The position numbers were made by a program, and so were the translations under genes. Positions 1 through 11,769 of a stretch of DNA of 64,000 nt are shown piece after piece. The first letter of the stretch is position 1. Every line of letters begins with the position of its first letter. Origin of the DNA: Cyanidioschyzon merolae (taxonomy: Eukaryota); NCBI GenBank assembly GCA_000091205.1, contig AP006492.2, one strand, 5' to 3'. The notes under the pieces were generated by a model, which ran no database searches, was not told the origin of the DNA, and was given only the letters and a program-made list of their open reading frames with translations.

Positions 1-370
1 CGACGCAGAAGACAGATTTCTTGGAAGGCCGCCTCCCGGAGAGCGTCTGCGTCGGCTCTTTCGAGGTGCTCAGGAAGCGGCCGCTTTCCATAAAAGGCCA
101 AACACTTGGCAATCGCCCGAAAGAGACACCGGCCGTCACCTGTGGTCGGTACCAGACGCAGTGCCTCGGGTGGAGCGCTGCCCGGTTCCGGACGCGAGTC
201 TGTGCGAGCGATGAGCGAACCTCGCCAGTGCTCCGCGAGGCCGTGCTTTCCAAACGTCCACAGGGGCAGACGCAGCGCCTGCCGGCCGGGGAACAAGCGG
301 GTTGGCTGTTCGAGTCCCAAGAGACTCAAGTGTGCCGAAGCGACACGTAGTGGCGGCTCCAAAAACGGCA

Positions 371-2959
371 TCAACTATGCAGGTGCAGTCCTTCGTAATT
401 CGACACCAGCGAAGGTGGAAGCGGCACTAGTCGGGAACGTTGCGGAAGCCACGCGAGTTGCAGTGCTGGCTGCAACGCGAACGTCTCCGCGGGCGCTTGT
501 TGTCGCCGGCACAACGCAGCCGCAGGGCACAACATCGACACGCGCAGTTGCTCGAAGAAGAAGAGGCCTGGACATTGTCCGGGTTGTTCGAAATCGACGA
601 AAGGAGTTCGATTACCTGTGTACGTCACAATGGCAGTGGTTCCACCGTCGAGATCAGCAACAGTGAACCAGCCGGTGTTCTCGTGCTGCTCACCTGGGCC
701 GCAGAGCCTGCCCCAAAAACCAATACGAGTCTGGACAAGGTACGGTTCGTGGAAAACCTGCGCTAAGCAAGATAGGTAGCGGCACTGCAAGGTAGACGGC
801 GGGAGACAGTGCGCGATTTGTTGTAGAATACACTGGCGTAGTTGGGTGTACCAGAAACGTTCCAGGGGAGCCACGGCACTGGCTCCTGGTGCTAGTACGC
901 GAAGCTGGGAGGCTTCACGTTGTTCCCCTGGACCGTCAGCAGTACGTACGTTCGCAAAAGTTTCCGGGGATGGTTGGCCAGTTCGCGACGGAGAAGCTAG
1001 CGGCTGTTCCAGTGGCACTGCAAGGGCCGCAACGATAGCTGGCGCTAACGCCGAACTCGCTGCTGGTGCTGCTGGTGCTGCTGGCGAGCCCCGCAGCCAA
1101 CTCGTCCAGTGTGCACCGTACAACTGGAGACGGCGGCCGGGCTCTACGATACCGCTCGCGGCACGCTCAGGCAGAAAGAGGACTGCACTCATTCTATGAT
1201 CGGAGCTGGAGCTCCGGCAATACTGTCTGCTGCTGATGGCGCTGGCTCTGCGGGTATCGACGGATGTAAGCGGAGCCGGCGCTACCGCTGTTGCTGGTGT
1301 CTCCTCCTGCACGATAGCTTGGTCAAGTCCTCGGCGCGTTCTTGTTGCTAAAATGGCGCCATTATCGCGAACGAGTTCGCATAAGGTCGCAACATCCGGG
1401 TGTTGCTGAGCTGCGTCGGTGACTGCCCAGCGACAATCGTTCGAATTGTCCCTTGCAGATGCCACCGCTGCACCCGTATTCAAGCTCGGGCGAGCCGCCA
1501 GTTGATGCTGCGTCATGGAGACGCTTTCGGCGATATCCTCGACAGCAACAAGGGCAATTCGAAGCGGAACGGGGCGTTCGGAAGCAGCGCCCGTCCGTCT
1601 CGGGCGCCACAGGACCTTTTGCACGGTGACGGTGGGCGTAACAGAAGCGCTCTGCATTTCTGCGCGTTCAAGACGACTGAATAGCGACAAAGCAGGGTCC
1701 TCTTGTGATTGCTGGAGGAAAAGCAGGCGCCTTGACTCCCACTCCCGAAGCATTTTGGCGAAGCGGCTCATCGCGCATCGATAGTGTAGTCGGAGCGCCC
1801 ACGGCGCTCCGCCAGTGCCAGTTCGAGACAGATGCGCCTCACCTTGAGGCGAGCATGCTAGGTGCTGTCCGTCGAGCTCCAGAGGCGGAGGCGATTGCTG
1901 CTGTGTCGCGACCAGGCTCGAGGGCGATCGAGTCCCCGAACCAGTACCCCAACAGAGCCGGGAAGCAATCTTTCTTTTGCGAGCTGAAGACCAAGGCGTA
2001 CCGTCAGGATTCCCGAAAAACGTCTCCGCAAAAGGTGAGCGAAAAGCGGCATCGTCGCTCGTCTCGCGTGCTTCGCGATGCTCGCTTCTGGCGCCGTTTG
2101 AAGCAGGCTCTTCATCGCATCTGGGAGTCTGCTGGCTCATCGGTTCCGCTGAAGGGATGCGGATTCGTTTGCGGACGCTCTGTACGGAAATCGGCGGCAA
2201 ATGATGCATTCTTTCCTCGGATCGTTTTGTTCGGGCTGATGCAGCTCCGGGAGACTGGCCGAAAACAGCAATCCGCTGACTCAGTCGCGCTGGTGTCTTG
2301 CACCAACTCGACGGAATCAGGGTCCGCGGGTCATCGGCGTGGTCCACGGGACGGATGCCTGGACGGATACCGGCATCATCGGTGACATTATTTGAAACGC
2401 TACCTGTAGTACGGTCGCGCTGCAGGGCATTCTCCTCGGAGTAAGTACCAGCGTACTGTCTGGACGACAGCGAGTCTCCGAAGACCGGGGACGCATCTTT
2501 TGCACTGCCACGCTCCGTAGCGTTACAGTCTAGCGCCTGCATTTGCCGCCGGTTTCCAGCCGCATCCGCTTTTGAGCTTGCCCCATGATCAGGATCACTT
2601 GTGCGGACTGCAAGCAGCGTCTCGGGTGCAGAGAGAGCGGCGCCCGTTGAGGATCGACGTTTCGGCGGAGCGTCGTCGACCTCGTGTTTTGCACCGCCAC
2701 GCACTGTATGCGGCAAAGAATACCTACGGCGAGTGCTTCCACCTTTTTCCGCCGCAATGCGCACAGTAAACCGCATGAAGATGGAAGCTTTCCTAGAGTA
2801 GAGATTTCGCGGGAACGCGTCGGAGAGCGTCACTGCACCTGTTGTAAAGTTTGACGGCGGCGTATTTCGTCCATATTCTATAGCAACGCAACGGAAGCAA
2901 ACTTGCGAAACGTTTCGTTTGCAAGCAGAACCTGTGTTCCGTCGTACTGGGACACACAC
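371..2959 (-). CDS. Hypothetical low-complexity protein (Ser/Ala/Arg/Pro-rich), no recognisable domain
   Basis: Stop-free frame of 862 codons, far longer than expected by chance at this GC content. Opposite-strand ORFs over the same span are fragmented. The track start codon is GTG; the real start is probably an internal ATG. Strand and extent are uncertain. Confidence 0.3.
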   Translation of the reverse strand: MCVPVRRNTGSACKRNVSQVCFRCVAIEYGRNTPPSNFTTGAVTLSDAFPRNLYSRKASIFMRFTVRIAAEKGGSTRRRYSLPHTVRGGAKHEVDDAPPKRRSSTGAALSAPETLLAVRTSDPDHGASSKADAAGNRRQMQALDCNATERGSAKDASPVFGDSLSSRQYAGTYSEENALQRDRTTGSVSNNVTDDAGIRPGIRPVDHADDPRTLIPSSWCKTPARLSQRIAVFGQSPGAASARTKRSEERMHHLPPISVQSVRKRIRIPSAEPMSQQTPRCDEEPASNGARSEHREARETSDDAAFRSPFAETFFGNPDGTPWSSARKRKIASRLCWGTGSGTRSPSSLVATQQQSPPPLELDGQHLACSPQGEAHLSRTGTGGAPWALRLHYRCAMSRFAKMLREWESRRLLFLQQSQEDPALSLFSRLERAEMQSASVTPTVTVQKVLWRPRRTGAASERPVPLRIALVAVEDIAESVSMTQHQLAARPSLNTGAAVASARDNSNDCRWAVTDAAQQHPDVATLCELVRDNGAILATRTRRGLDQAIVQEETPATAVAPAPLTSVDTRRASAISSRQYCRSSSSDHRMSAVLFLPERAASGIVEPGRRLQLYGAHWTSWLRGSPAAPAAPAASSALAPAIVAALAVPLEQPLASPSRTGQPSPETFANVRTADGPGEQREASQLRVLAPGASAVAPLERFWYTQLRQCILQQIAHCLPPSTLQCRYLSCLAQVFHEPYLVQTRIGFWGRLCGPGEQHENTGWFTVADLDGGTTAIVTYTGNRTPFVDFEQPGQCPGLFFFEQLRVSMLCPAAALCRRQQAPAETFALQPALQLAWLPQRSRLVPLPPSLVSNYEGLHLHS

Positions 2960-5544
2960 ACAAGTGATCTTGGCCCGAAGAAAACTACTACCATACTCGC
3001 AAACGTTTCCGAGTCGGCATCGGGCTGGTCGACAGACGCGCGCCTCAATTCAGCGCGAGCGGGTGCTGCTCCTGCAGTACTGGAGATGTCTCCTGGGGAC
3101 GCTGCACCGCCCGTGTCCCGCGGCAGATTACCACTAAAAGCTGAACTAGCATCTTTGTTACCGCCTTTCGATGTTTTTGGTTGAATTCTACGGCCTCGAC
3201 AATCGAAGAGCATCCATAGGAGTTCAAGGATTCATACGTCATTCGAGGATTCTCGGTCGTACGCTCAGCGTGACTCCTTCGACGCGCTGTCGTTGGCATT
3301 CATGACGTCACTGGAATGAAGCTCATTCGGCTTGTCCGGGAGCAAGCGCCTGTAAAACAACAGCTATCGCGATTCAATGCATATGGACACGTCGCCGCTC
3401 TTCTCCTTTCTTTACGTGCTGTACGCTCGAATCATACATTCCTCCCAGTTTCGATCTTTCCGCTTCAAGGCAATGCGAGGGCGCAGCGATTCACGTCGCT
3501 CAGTGCACGACGGATAGCATGGCGGTGTGGCCCTTTGGCGACTTGTTCACAAGCCCACGCCGAAAGGTCATCGATCTTCTCAGGTCAAATGGTCTACTCG
3601 GTACGAGAGACAAAACCTTACTTTGTTTGTTGCCGTCGAGGATACCGCATTCTACAGCAGCACGAAGCCCAGTTCGGGATGTGTTCTGAGATGCTCCCAT
3701 CCCATCTATTTGCGAGGAAAAGGGTCCTGAACTTGGGCTGTTGCTATCTTCGTTATCGCCTCTGGAGAAGTGTGCGTCAAAGCTGTGCTTGAATGGGCGC
3801 AGACGCATCGAAAAAACTCGAAATGTGCTCCAGCGTCGATTTCTCTTCCGGTTCTTGTTTCATCGTAGACAACATCACGTTCCACAAATTCTCCATCGAA
3901 TAGAACAGCGTGTATATGCGAATGCAGCGGTGCGAGCACTCGACGGATACATCGCGTAATAGAAACACGGAATCCTTGGTTAATGCGCCGGACGCAGAAA
4001 CTAAGCAAGGCATCGTGACGCGCCTTCTGTATCCGTCAAGTTCATATGCCGAGGGATCAAGGCAAGGGATCACGCGTGACAAGACGGCGCTCGGGCCAGG
4101 GATTCGGCGCCAGTGTTGGAAACAAACATGTCCACCGCCAAGTCGCAACACTGGAAAAGGTGCATCGAGGCTGCATCCAAAGAGGATGGAAATGACAATC
4201 GTAGCGTATATTGTAACTTTGGCCTGTGCATGAAATGCGTTGACAGCAGCCGGAAGCACCCTGATCTGGTGTTTCGAGCAACCAACACCATCCCTCAACT
4301 GCCGACCCCGGATCTGGAGCCAGAAGAGAGCCTGTTGGATTTGCAGCCGTATACCAGAGAGAGCAGAAGGAAGCGGTTGCAGAGCAAGCGCGCAGCGACT
4401 GGTTTCGATGACATTGAGAAGAGACCCAAAGCCCAGTATTTACGCCCGAGGCATGGAATCTTTTCCATTTTATTCTACCATTGGTGCAGCTGCAAGCAAA
4501 GGACAATTCGTGTGCGGCACTTTGCTCGACGCTGGCTCCCCTGTACCCATGCGGCTGTCCGGACAAGATCGATCACGACTTGCTCCATCGCGTCCTTGAT
4601 TCCCGAGTCCATGGACGGGGACACAGATCAGCATTTGTTCACCGGCAGGTGTTCTGGTGACTCATTGTACATGCATGCCATTCGACTCTAGTCGCCGCCC
4701 TCCGCTGGACTACCGCACGTCGCTGCTCGTGATGACGCCCCCACCGCTGTCTGTACACACCGAGGCGCTCGGACGGTACTGAACCCCCAGACCGACGGCA
4801 CAGAGGGCATGCGGGGCCTCAGGCGCTACCGCAGCAAAGCGCTCCCTTCCCGTCTGGCGCGATGTTGTCCAGAGCGCTATGAGCATGGACCTCGCCCTGC
4901 AAAACTTTGTCAGCGTTTCATGCAGCGGCGCACGGCAGATTCCCTTGAAAGTCACCGCATCGAACTGTTTGCGTCGGTGAATACCACTATCGGCAGGCAG
5001 CGGTTTCAAGAACGCCACGTGGCTTTGCTTCTGCATGGTTCGCGCACTTTTTCCCGTGTGAAACCATGCCTCATCGCTTGCTGGCTGGGATTCCAGTTGG
5101 CCTCTCCGAATAGCGCAAAATCACCAGCTTACTTCACGAATAGTCGAACAGCTGCGTAGAGCCTTGTGGCTTGCCCCAATATTCGGGAGCTAAACATGAT
5201 CCACACAGCGGAAACGAGTCCTCTTTACACGTAAATAGCAGACAACATGAACGACTCCCACGGTGTTCTGTTCGGCAGCGTCGATGAGCGTGGCGGCTCG
5301 CCAAGTACCTTGGAAGCTGACCACCCACGTTGTACGGCGTAAAAGCGTCCTTTTTGTAGATAGACTACGCACCACTTGGACCTTGACGGTGTGATTCTTA
5401 GGTTGAAGTTTGCACTCGCTTCCAAGACCCGCTAGAAAAGACCCCCTAACTCGCTGTTTCCGAAACGCCGCGAGACCGGGAAAACGTCTCCATATGCGCG
5501 AGCACAAATTCTCGTCCTCGTCATTGTTCAGGGGTTGGTGGTTC

Positions 5545-5835
5545 ATGGTCCTGATTACCTTAGAGTTTGGCGGTGGATTGGATGCAATTACAAGCGCCAA
5601 AGCCAAGACGGTTGCGTGTGATGTTCCGGCAAAGACGGTAGGCGAGTTAATTAGGTGGATTCGACGGCACCAAGTCCGAGAGCGACACGAGTTTTTCGCT
5701 TCGGGCGATGGCGTGCTTCGTCCGGGAGTTTTGGTGCTTGTCAACGAAGTCGACTGGGAGTTAGAGGGTAAAATGGAATACGTTTTACGGGAAGGAGATA
5801 CGATCGCGTTCATTTCGACGCTGCACGGTGGCTGA
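5545..5835 (+). CDS. URM1: Ubiquitin-related modifier 1 (URM1), 96 aa
   Basis: Translation MVLITLEFGGGLDAI...VLVNEVDWELEGK..YVLREGDTIAFISTLHGG matches the URM1 beta-grasp fold and its C-terminal HGG. ATG confirmed at 5545 in frame with ORF 5410..5835. The 5190..5855 minus-strand ORF is the antisense artefact. Confidence 0.8.
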   Translation: MVLITLEFGGGLDAITSAKAKTVACDVPAKTVGELIRWIRRHQVRERHEFFASGDGVLRPGVLVLVNEVDWELEGKMEYVLREGDTIAFISTLHGG

Positions 5836-8800
5836 TGCCCTCCGGGGTGTACCAAGTGTTCGCCCGGCAGGGCAACCGGCCTCGCGTTCGACCCATAGAC
5901 TCACAGGGCGCTCGTCGGCAACGAGCTCCGGCAGAGAGGTTTACGAACGTTGCATCCATAGACGCTCTGGGAACCCTACTGACCCTTTATGAATCGAAGT
6001 AGACTCTTGGGCGTTGCAACGCCGCGCTGGACCCAGAACTTCTGCATCAGGCTGTGGTGCCGTGCTTCGTGCCAGGGGTACCGATGATACCGTCCGAGGC
6101 ACGAAAGCCGAGTGCAAGTATCGCGTATTTAGGGCATTCGCATTCAATGCTCTGTGAACGTACTCAGACTCGTGCAACGTTGCACGGCCGTCCATCGCAA
6201 TGGGAGATGTGTATGCATGTATACGTGTCTATGTGCGCTTCGTTTACAAGCAACTGCACACAAGCCGCCCGCTAGCTGAGCAGGTCGACGCGATCGCTCT
6301 TCGAATCCTGAGTAACTTCATACAATGAAACACGATGATCGTCTACCAAATGCTCGAGAAAACTGTCCCCAGTGTTCGTATAAGGCGGTCCAGTCTTTGC
6401 GTTTTGCTGCAGCGTACCGTAACTGTGCCTTGCCCAAGGCGAGCATCCAACACATCCTCGACTGGCTACTGATTTTTTTCATCGAAAGTCTTGATCATTC
6501 CAGCTCAATTCCCACACTGAGGATGAAGCGATCCGTATGAAATTCCGCTTGACACAGTGCCGCTGGACGCTCCCAAAAGCGCGAGATATGCCCGGATGTT
6601 GATCGAGCCGCTCAAGTATCTGTGCACAAGGCACTGGCGCTTTTTCTTGTTGGTGGAATCACACCATAGCACGCCGCTCCCCGTACATCAATTCATACAT
6701 CGGTCTCTGTTCCACGCTCTGCGTTTCTATCTGTTTCAGCGGACACCTACGCTCGTTGTAGGTCTATGTCGCATTGAAAGCACCGATCGGAATCGTATCG
6801 AATCGTATCCTGCGATCGCTGTATGCTCTCGTCGAAGGATAACGAGCGCAGCCTTGGCGCGCTGCAGCACGTCCAGCGCCATAGGCTCCTATCAAATAAC
6901 ATGCCTTTTAGGCCAGTTCCTTTTCCACCACATGGAGCAAGTTATCGAATTTACGCTTCTTGTCTCTTTCGAAATGAAACCGTTGGTGATCCCAGCACGC
7001 TCTCATGCAGCCCCGCCAAAGATCGTCTGTCTCGGCCATTTCGACGCTCACGGACGGTCTCTTGCGTAGGATCTCTCCCACAAGTCACGATTTCAGGTCT
7101 AGAAAAGTGATGTTACAACGTGCACAGGGTGCGCTCCATGATGCGCTGGAGAATGACCCGTATACGCTTTTGTTTTTTGAGGTTGTTTTGATACCTGTTG
7201 GTACCTGCGCTATGGATTTTTTTCGACCAACAACGTCCCGCGGCTGCACTTCGAGATATTCCACAAACCATGTATGTAAATCTCCGATCCTGTGATCAAG
7301 CTGTTGTGCGTCTTACATTTCGCGCATCCGTTGTGTTGGCGCGGGAAAGCTTCATCGAAATATGGCAGAGGAATTTGGATAGCTGGCAGCCCCGCGGCTA
7401 TAACCCCTACCAACAGTTGCTCGACGATGTGCACCAAGGCGAGGGACGTCAGGCGAGCCTTCCTCAAAGAAGAAGCTACGCGATACCTGTTGGCGTCCTG
7501 CATTTCACTTTTTGTAAGACCTTCCCGTTCATGAGTTTTTGTCGCGAGGCCGTGATAGCGTTTTCATTCTGAACTTTCCCCACCAAGAGCGTTTTCTTCT
7601 GGTCATATCTTGACCTGTTTTCGGAAGAATCGTTTCTTTTATTGGCCTATGCTCTTGATCTTCATCTTTACTTGGTCGGGTGGCATGTATTTAGGCGCCA
7701 TCCTCCACTTCCGATCTTTCCTCGGAACTGAGGCACACTGGGTACATGGTAGCACTGACAAACGCCTTTTGTGCGGTAACGTCTGCGGCATCTTACGCAT
7801 CTTTTCGTCAGATGCTTCGCGAGCATGCCTTCGAGTCAAAGCACGTCTTTTCGCTGGCTCCCGCGCACGGGCAGCGGGGCAACACGGCAGTTCGCGGTTG
7901 GGAAAGTGGTAGAAATCGACCATGAAAAGAACGAATTGCGAAGGAGTCATGAACTCGAATGTCTCTTCCATTGAACCGCGAGTGTAAATACCGCATTCGA
8001 CAATGGAGCGAAGACGCATTCGGCAGGGTCAACCAGGGAGAACAGACTGGCACGAAGCGTAGCTGAACGCCAATTTCAACTGCGTATTCCCTGACAGCTT
8101 TGGTGTCAAGGTAATCGTTGTTTCATTGGAGCAGAAGAACGGAATTCGAGAGGGCAATTTCCCGAAATGCCTCGATGAATGATGCAATGAGGAACGATCT
8201 AGTCCACTACGTGATTTGCAGGCGACCACATTATAGTATTGGTGCTAGGGCTGACGTCGTCGTCAGGCTCGTTTGTCTCTTCTTGACGAACTGCGGTTTC
8301 ACCCTCTTGGAATGCTCATTCGCAGATCAACCATGTGGTCCGGGCCGAGACTTACCGAGTGAGGCGAATACGCTTCCCTCCTGTAACAGGAGTTCACGTT
8401 CCAGTGCGGATTCGGTCGTGTGTTGTTCAACGCGATACGGTGTCCAAGAGAGGTGTGTTTTTCTCTTTGTACGTATGTGTCTTTTCATGACATTTCGTAT
8501 CATGGGCGCGCAAACTTCACATTCTGAGCTTCTCAGGTATTATGTCTTAGTGACAAAACCGCGTGTAAGGTACTGGCGAGGAGACTGTCTTATCGATAGA
8601 GTCTAAGTTCCAATTTGAGTGCACGATGTTCCGAATGACGATTACCATGAAGGGTACTTGATCCACCTTTCGACCGCAGAGTATCTGATATATCGAAGCA
8701 AGGCCGCTTTGTCGCAAGGTAGCAGTAGCGGCATAAACTTTTTCCGCATCCTTGCTCCGATCTACAGGATGCATTCCTTTTACTGCGAATCTGTACGAAG

Positions 8801-9358
8801 AGCGAACGAAAACAAAAAGGGCGCGCAGGTGCGGGTGTTCCCGGATTCACTGTTCTGAGTATATCGAGTCATGCAATACATTGTCGATATCATCTGCTTT
8901 GACAGCGCTTGCTCGGCCGACTGGTATCCGACGTCATCTCAGAGTAGAAACATAGGTCGCAAAGACGCCTGGTACAATACTGGTCGCCCCGGCGGACACG
9001 CATCCATGCAAACCGCGCTTCCGCAGTGTACGGTCAGCAGCAGCAGCAGCAGCACCCAGGCGTCGTCGCTATCACTGCCGCTACTGATCGAGTCGCTACG
9101 GCCGCAGCTGGAGCCATGGCTCCTCCGATAACTGCGCCTGCTTCTCGGAGCAACATGTCAGCGCCTCCAGTCCATAAACAATACCGTGTGACCAGAACAA
9201 CGAGCTACACGATTCAGCGCCTCAGTGAGGGATCAGGACACCCTCGTGAGCGCGTCTTGATACATTGTGGGCCCACGACAGCTGCCAGCGATAGCCGTGG
9301 TGTTTTCCATATTTCTGCACTGGCGTTGACGATGCAGTGCTTCCTTCAGTGTCGCTCA

Positions 9359-10906
9359 TCACATGTACTGATCGAAGCCGGTGGCGTCGGCATCGTGAAT
9401 CTCGTCGGGATCGAGCGGACGATACAAGTCCAGGGCTCGCAGGCGCCGCTCATGATAATATTCCTTCTCGCGCAACGAAGTGAGTTCGTTTCTAAAGTAG
9501 GTCATAATTGCACGTAGGGTCGTTCGCTCTGCTTCCTGGACCAGCTGCGCAGCCTGTTTCAGCTCTGGAGAAAAGTTTTCTTCACATAGTGCCTGCGCCT
9601 CATCCAATGCTTGCATTCGCTCCTCGCACGAAGCCAGCACCAACTCGCACACCATTCGTTCATTTCCTTCCGATACAGGCAGCGCCAGGAACTCCCACAC
9701 TTCATCCCGGAACAAGCCCTCGAGGAGAAATGCATCCGATCCGCTGAGACAGAGCAAGCGGAGAAACTGCACCATCGCACTGAGCGGATTCTCCGCGGCT
9801 TGTAGCGCTTCCGATGTGAGGTCGGAAGCGGCAACGACAAAAGTCTGACCAGCAAGTTCATCCTCCGAAGTGGCATCAATTCGTTGTTGTTGCTGCTGCT
9901 GCTGCTGCAAAATATCCACCTTGTCGTCGTAGAATCGATCCAGACGGCTTATTTCGAAGGCCAGTGTGACAAGGCCTACGCATTCCCGCAATTTTCGCGC
10001 CGAATCAGGGTTGGAATGCTCTTCGAAATATCCGTACTGCAGGAAAAAGTCGATTGCGTCCGCAACGCGTGCATGATAGCGGAGCTCAGCCCCAGTGAGC
10101 ACGTCTTTCGTACATATCAAATGGATTTCCTCGCGCCCTCCCAGGAGACGCTTGCGCACCCACTGGAAACGCACGGTAGCATCCTCTCTACCAGTTGGTC
10201 GACACTCATCGAGCGGTGGTGCTAGGACCCATCGACCAACGTCCGCAAACCAGGTGCCTCTGTCGAGAACCAGCGCAACTGCACGCAAGAATGCGCTCGC
10301 CGAAAAAGTATCAACGGGAAGAACGGAGGACCTTCGTCGCTCTTCCAACCAGGATACCAGCTCGCGACGGAGCGTTTCTCGTCGAGTTTCCAGTGCGGTA
10401 CCCCGGAAGAGACGCGACCTGGAGGCGTCCCAGAGTAGTGGATGGTTCACGTAGAACTCCCGCTTGCGACAAACATTTTCCACATAATCGATCCATGGTG
10501 AACTTTCGTTTTGAACGGTTTCCAAAACGAGCCGCAAGGCAAGCTCTGCGGCTGCTTCCCAGCGCGCATCGTCGCTCGCTGCATCAGGAGTAGTAACTGC
10601 GGTACCGTGTCGTTCACTCACAAGCGCTGCAGCAACCTCCACTGACGCAACCACCTGACCAGTTTCCAGCTTCTGGGCCGCGTGCAAACCCAGACGCCCT
10701 TGGTGCGGTGTGGATCCAAGTTCAACCTGCAAGTACTGGCCAGGAACCTTAGCTGCTGAGCACAGCGGTTGAGCGACGCGCTGAAGCCTTCCAGTGCGTT
10801 GCCGGAGACCGGCCCTCGTGCCAAGGTGGCAGCTTCCAGCACTCCTTCGCAGTACGCATGCGCCTCTGCCTTGGTTTGCGGAAAGCGGAACAATAAAGCA
10901 CTGCAT
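9359..10906 (-). CDS. SET-domain protein lysine methyltransferase, Rubisco-LSMT/SETD3/SETD6-like, with internal poly-Q tract
   Basis: N-terminal SET-like beta segment (LGLHAAQKLETGQVVASVEV), HPLLWDASRSRLFRGTALE and the C-terminal DFFLQYGYFEEHSN motif typical of the LSMT/SETD3 family. ATG at 10904-10906. The QQQQQQQQ tract is encoded by (GCT/GTT)n at 9883-9908. Confidence 0.55.
   Translation of the reverse strand: MQCFIVPLSANQGRGACVLRRSAGSCHLGTRAGLRQRTGRLQRVAQPLCSAAKVPGQYLQVELGSTPHQGRLGLHAAQKLETGQVVASVEVAAALVSERHGTAVTTPDAASDDARWEAAAELALRLVLETVQNESSPWIDYVENVCRKREFYVNHPLLWDASRSRLFRGTALETRRETLRRELVSWLEERRRSSVLPVDTFSASAFLRAVALVLDRGTWFADVGRWVLAPPLDECRPTGREDATVRFQWVRKRLLGGREEIHLICTKDVLTGAELRYHARVADAIDFFLQYGYFEEHSNPDSARKLRECVGLVTLAFEISRLDRFYDDKVDILQQQQQQQQRIDATSEDELAGQTFVVAASDLTSEALQAAENPLSAMVQFLRLLCLSGSDAFLLEGLFRDEVWEFLALPVSEGNERMVCELVLASCEERMQALDEAQALCEENFSPELKQAAQLVQEAERTTLRAIMTYFRNELTSLREKEYYHERRLRALDLYRPLDPDEIHDADATGFDQYM
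9883..9908. repeat. (GTT)3(GCT)6 trinucleotide tract encoding poly-Q in the SET-domain gene
   Basis: gttgttgttgctgctgctgctgctgc on plus is CAG/CAA on the coding minus strand. Confidence 0.9.
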
Positions 10907-11769
10907 CCAAAGTCAAGCCCGTAAAGTGCAGTACTCGCACCAAGCTTGGCTCACCAACGAGCGGTACAAGACGCTGTTGGCATGCGATGCACCGAGTCGA
11001 AGGGGCGGTACGCTCCCGCCCGATGACTGCAAACCCCGTAGATGCGTTGGTGTTTTCGAGTACTTTCCTAGGATACAGAGCGTTGGTCCAGCTTGTCCAG
11101 AGGTGCGGGCATGTAATCGCGGAATATAGTAACTTGTCGATGCCTTTGGCTGCAGTTAAGCGTGATTCTACAGAGACTCGTTGCTCCGCCGTTCGTGAGA
11201 ACGCGTTCTGGGACGGTGCTGTGCAAAACGGTAACGATCCGAGTCGTTTGCAAAGGCCCGAGCATGCTTCATGGGTACCATCAGAGCAAGTCCACACGAT
11301 AGAGCTTCAAAGTGGAGCGCTTCAAGGCGAGTTTGGGCACCGCCGTACTGCGCTCTAGTTCGTTGCAGTTTTCTCGGACCGGTGTCGATCAGTCATGACG
11401 CTCGTCTTCTGCCTGGGGCCAACGAGTAGTTACGTCGGTTGCAAGCGTCCTGCAGACGCAGGACACATTGGTCATACAGGCGACTGGTGGATCACCCTGG
11501 TTTGGTTTCGCGCGGGACGGCCGCCACTGCGTCCACCTTGCCGGACGGTGTCGATCCAGTCCCGTGCCTCTGCCCGCGATGGCGACCGGTTGTCGTTCCC
11601 TTGCTGCACGCTTGACGCTGCATAGAACATGGACAGACATGAAATATCTACCGAGACAAAGTATGCGAGGCGCCAAGGTCGCTTCTAGTTTCACATAGTG
11701 GAGCAGCGCGACGCTGAGGCTCGCACGCTGTCCTCCGGGTTCGCAGTACACCGTATCAGATTTTACACG

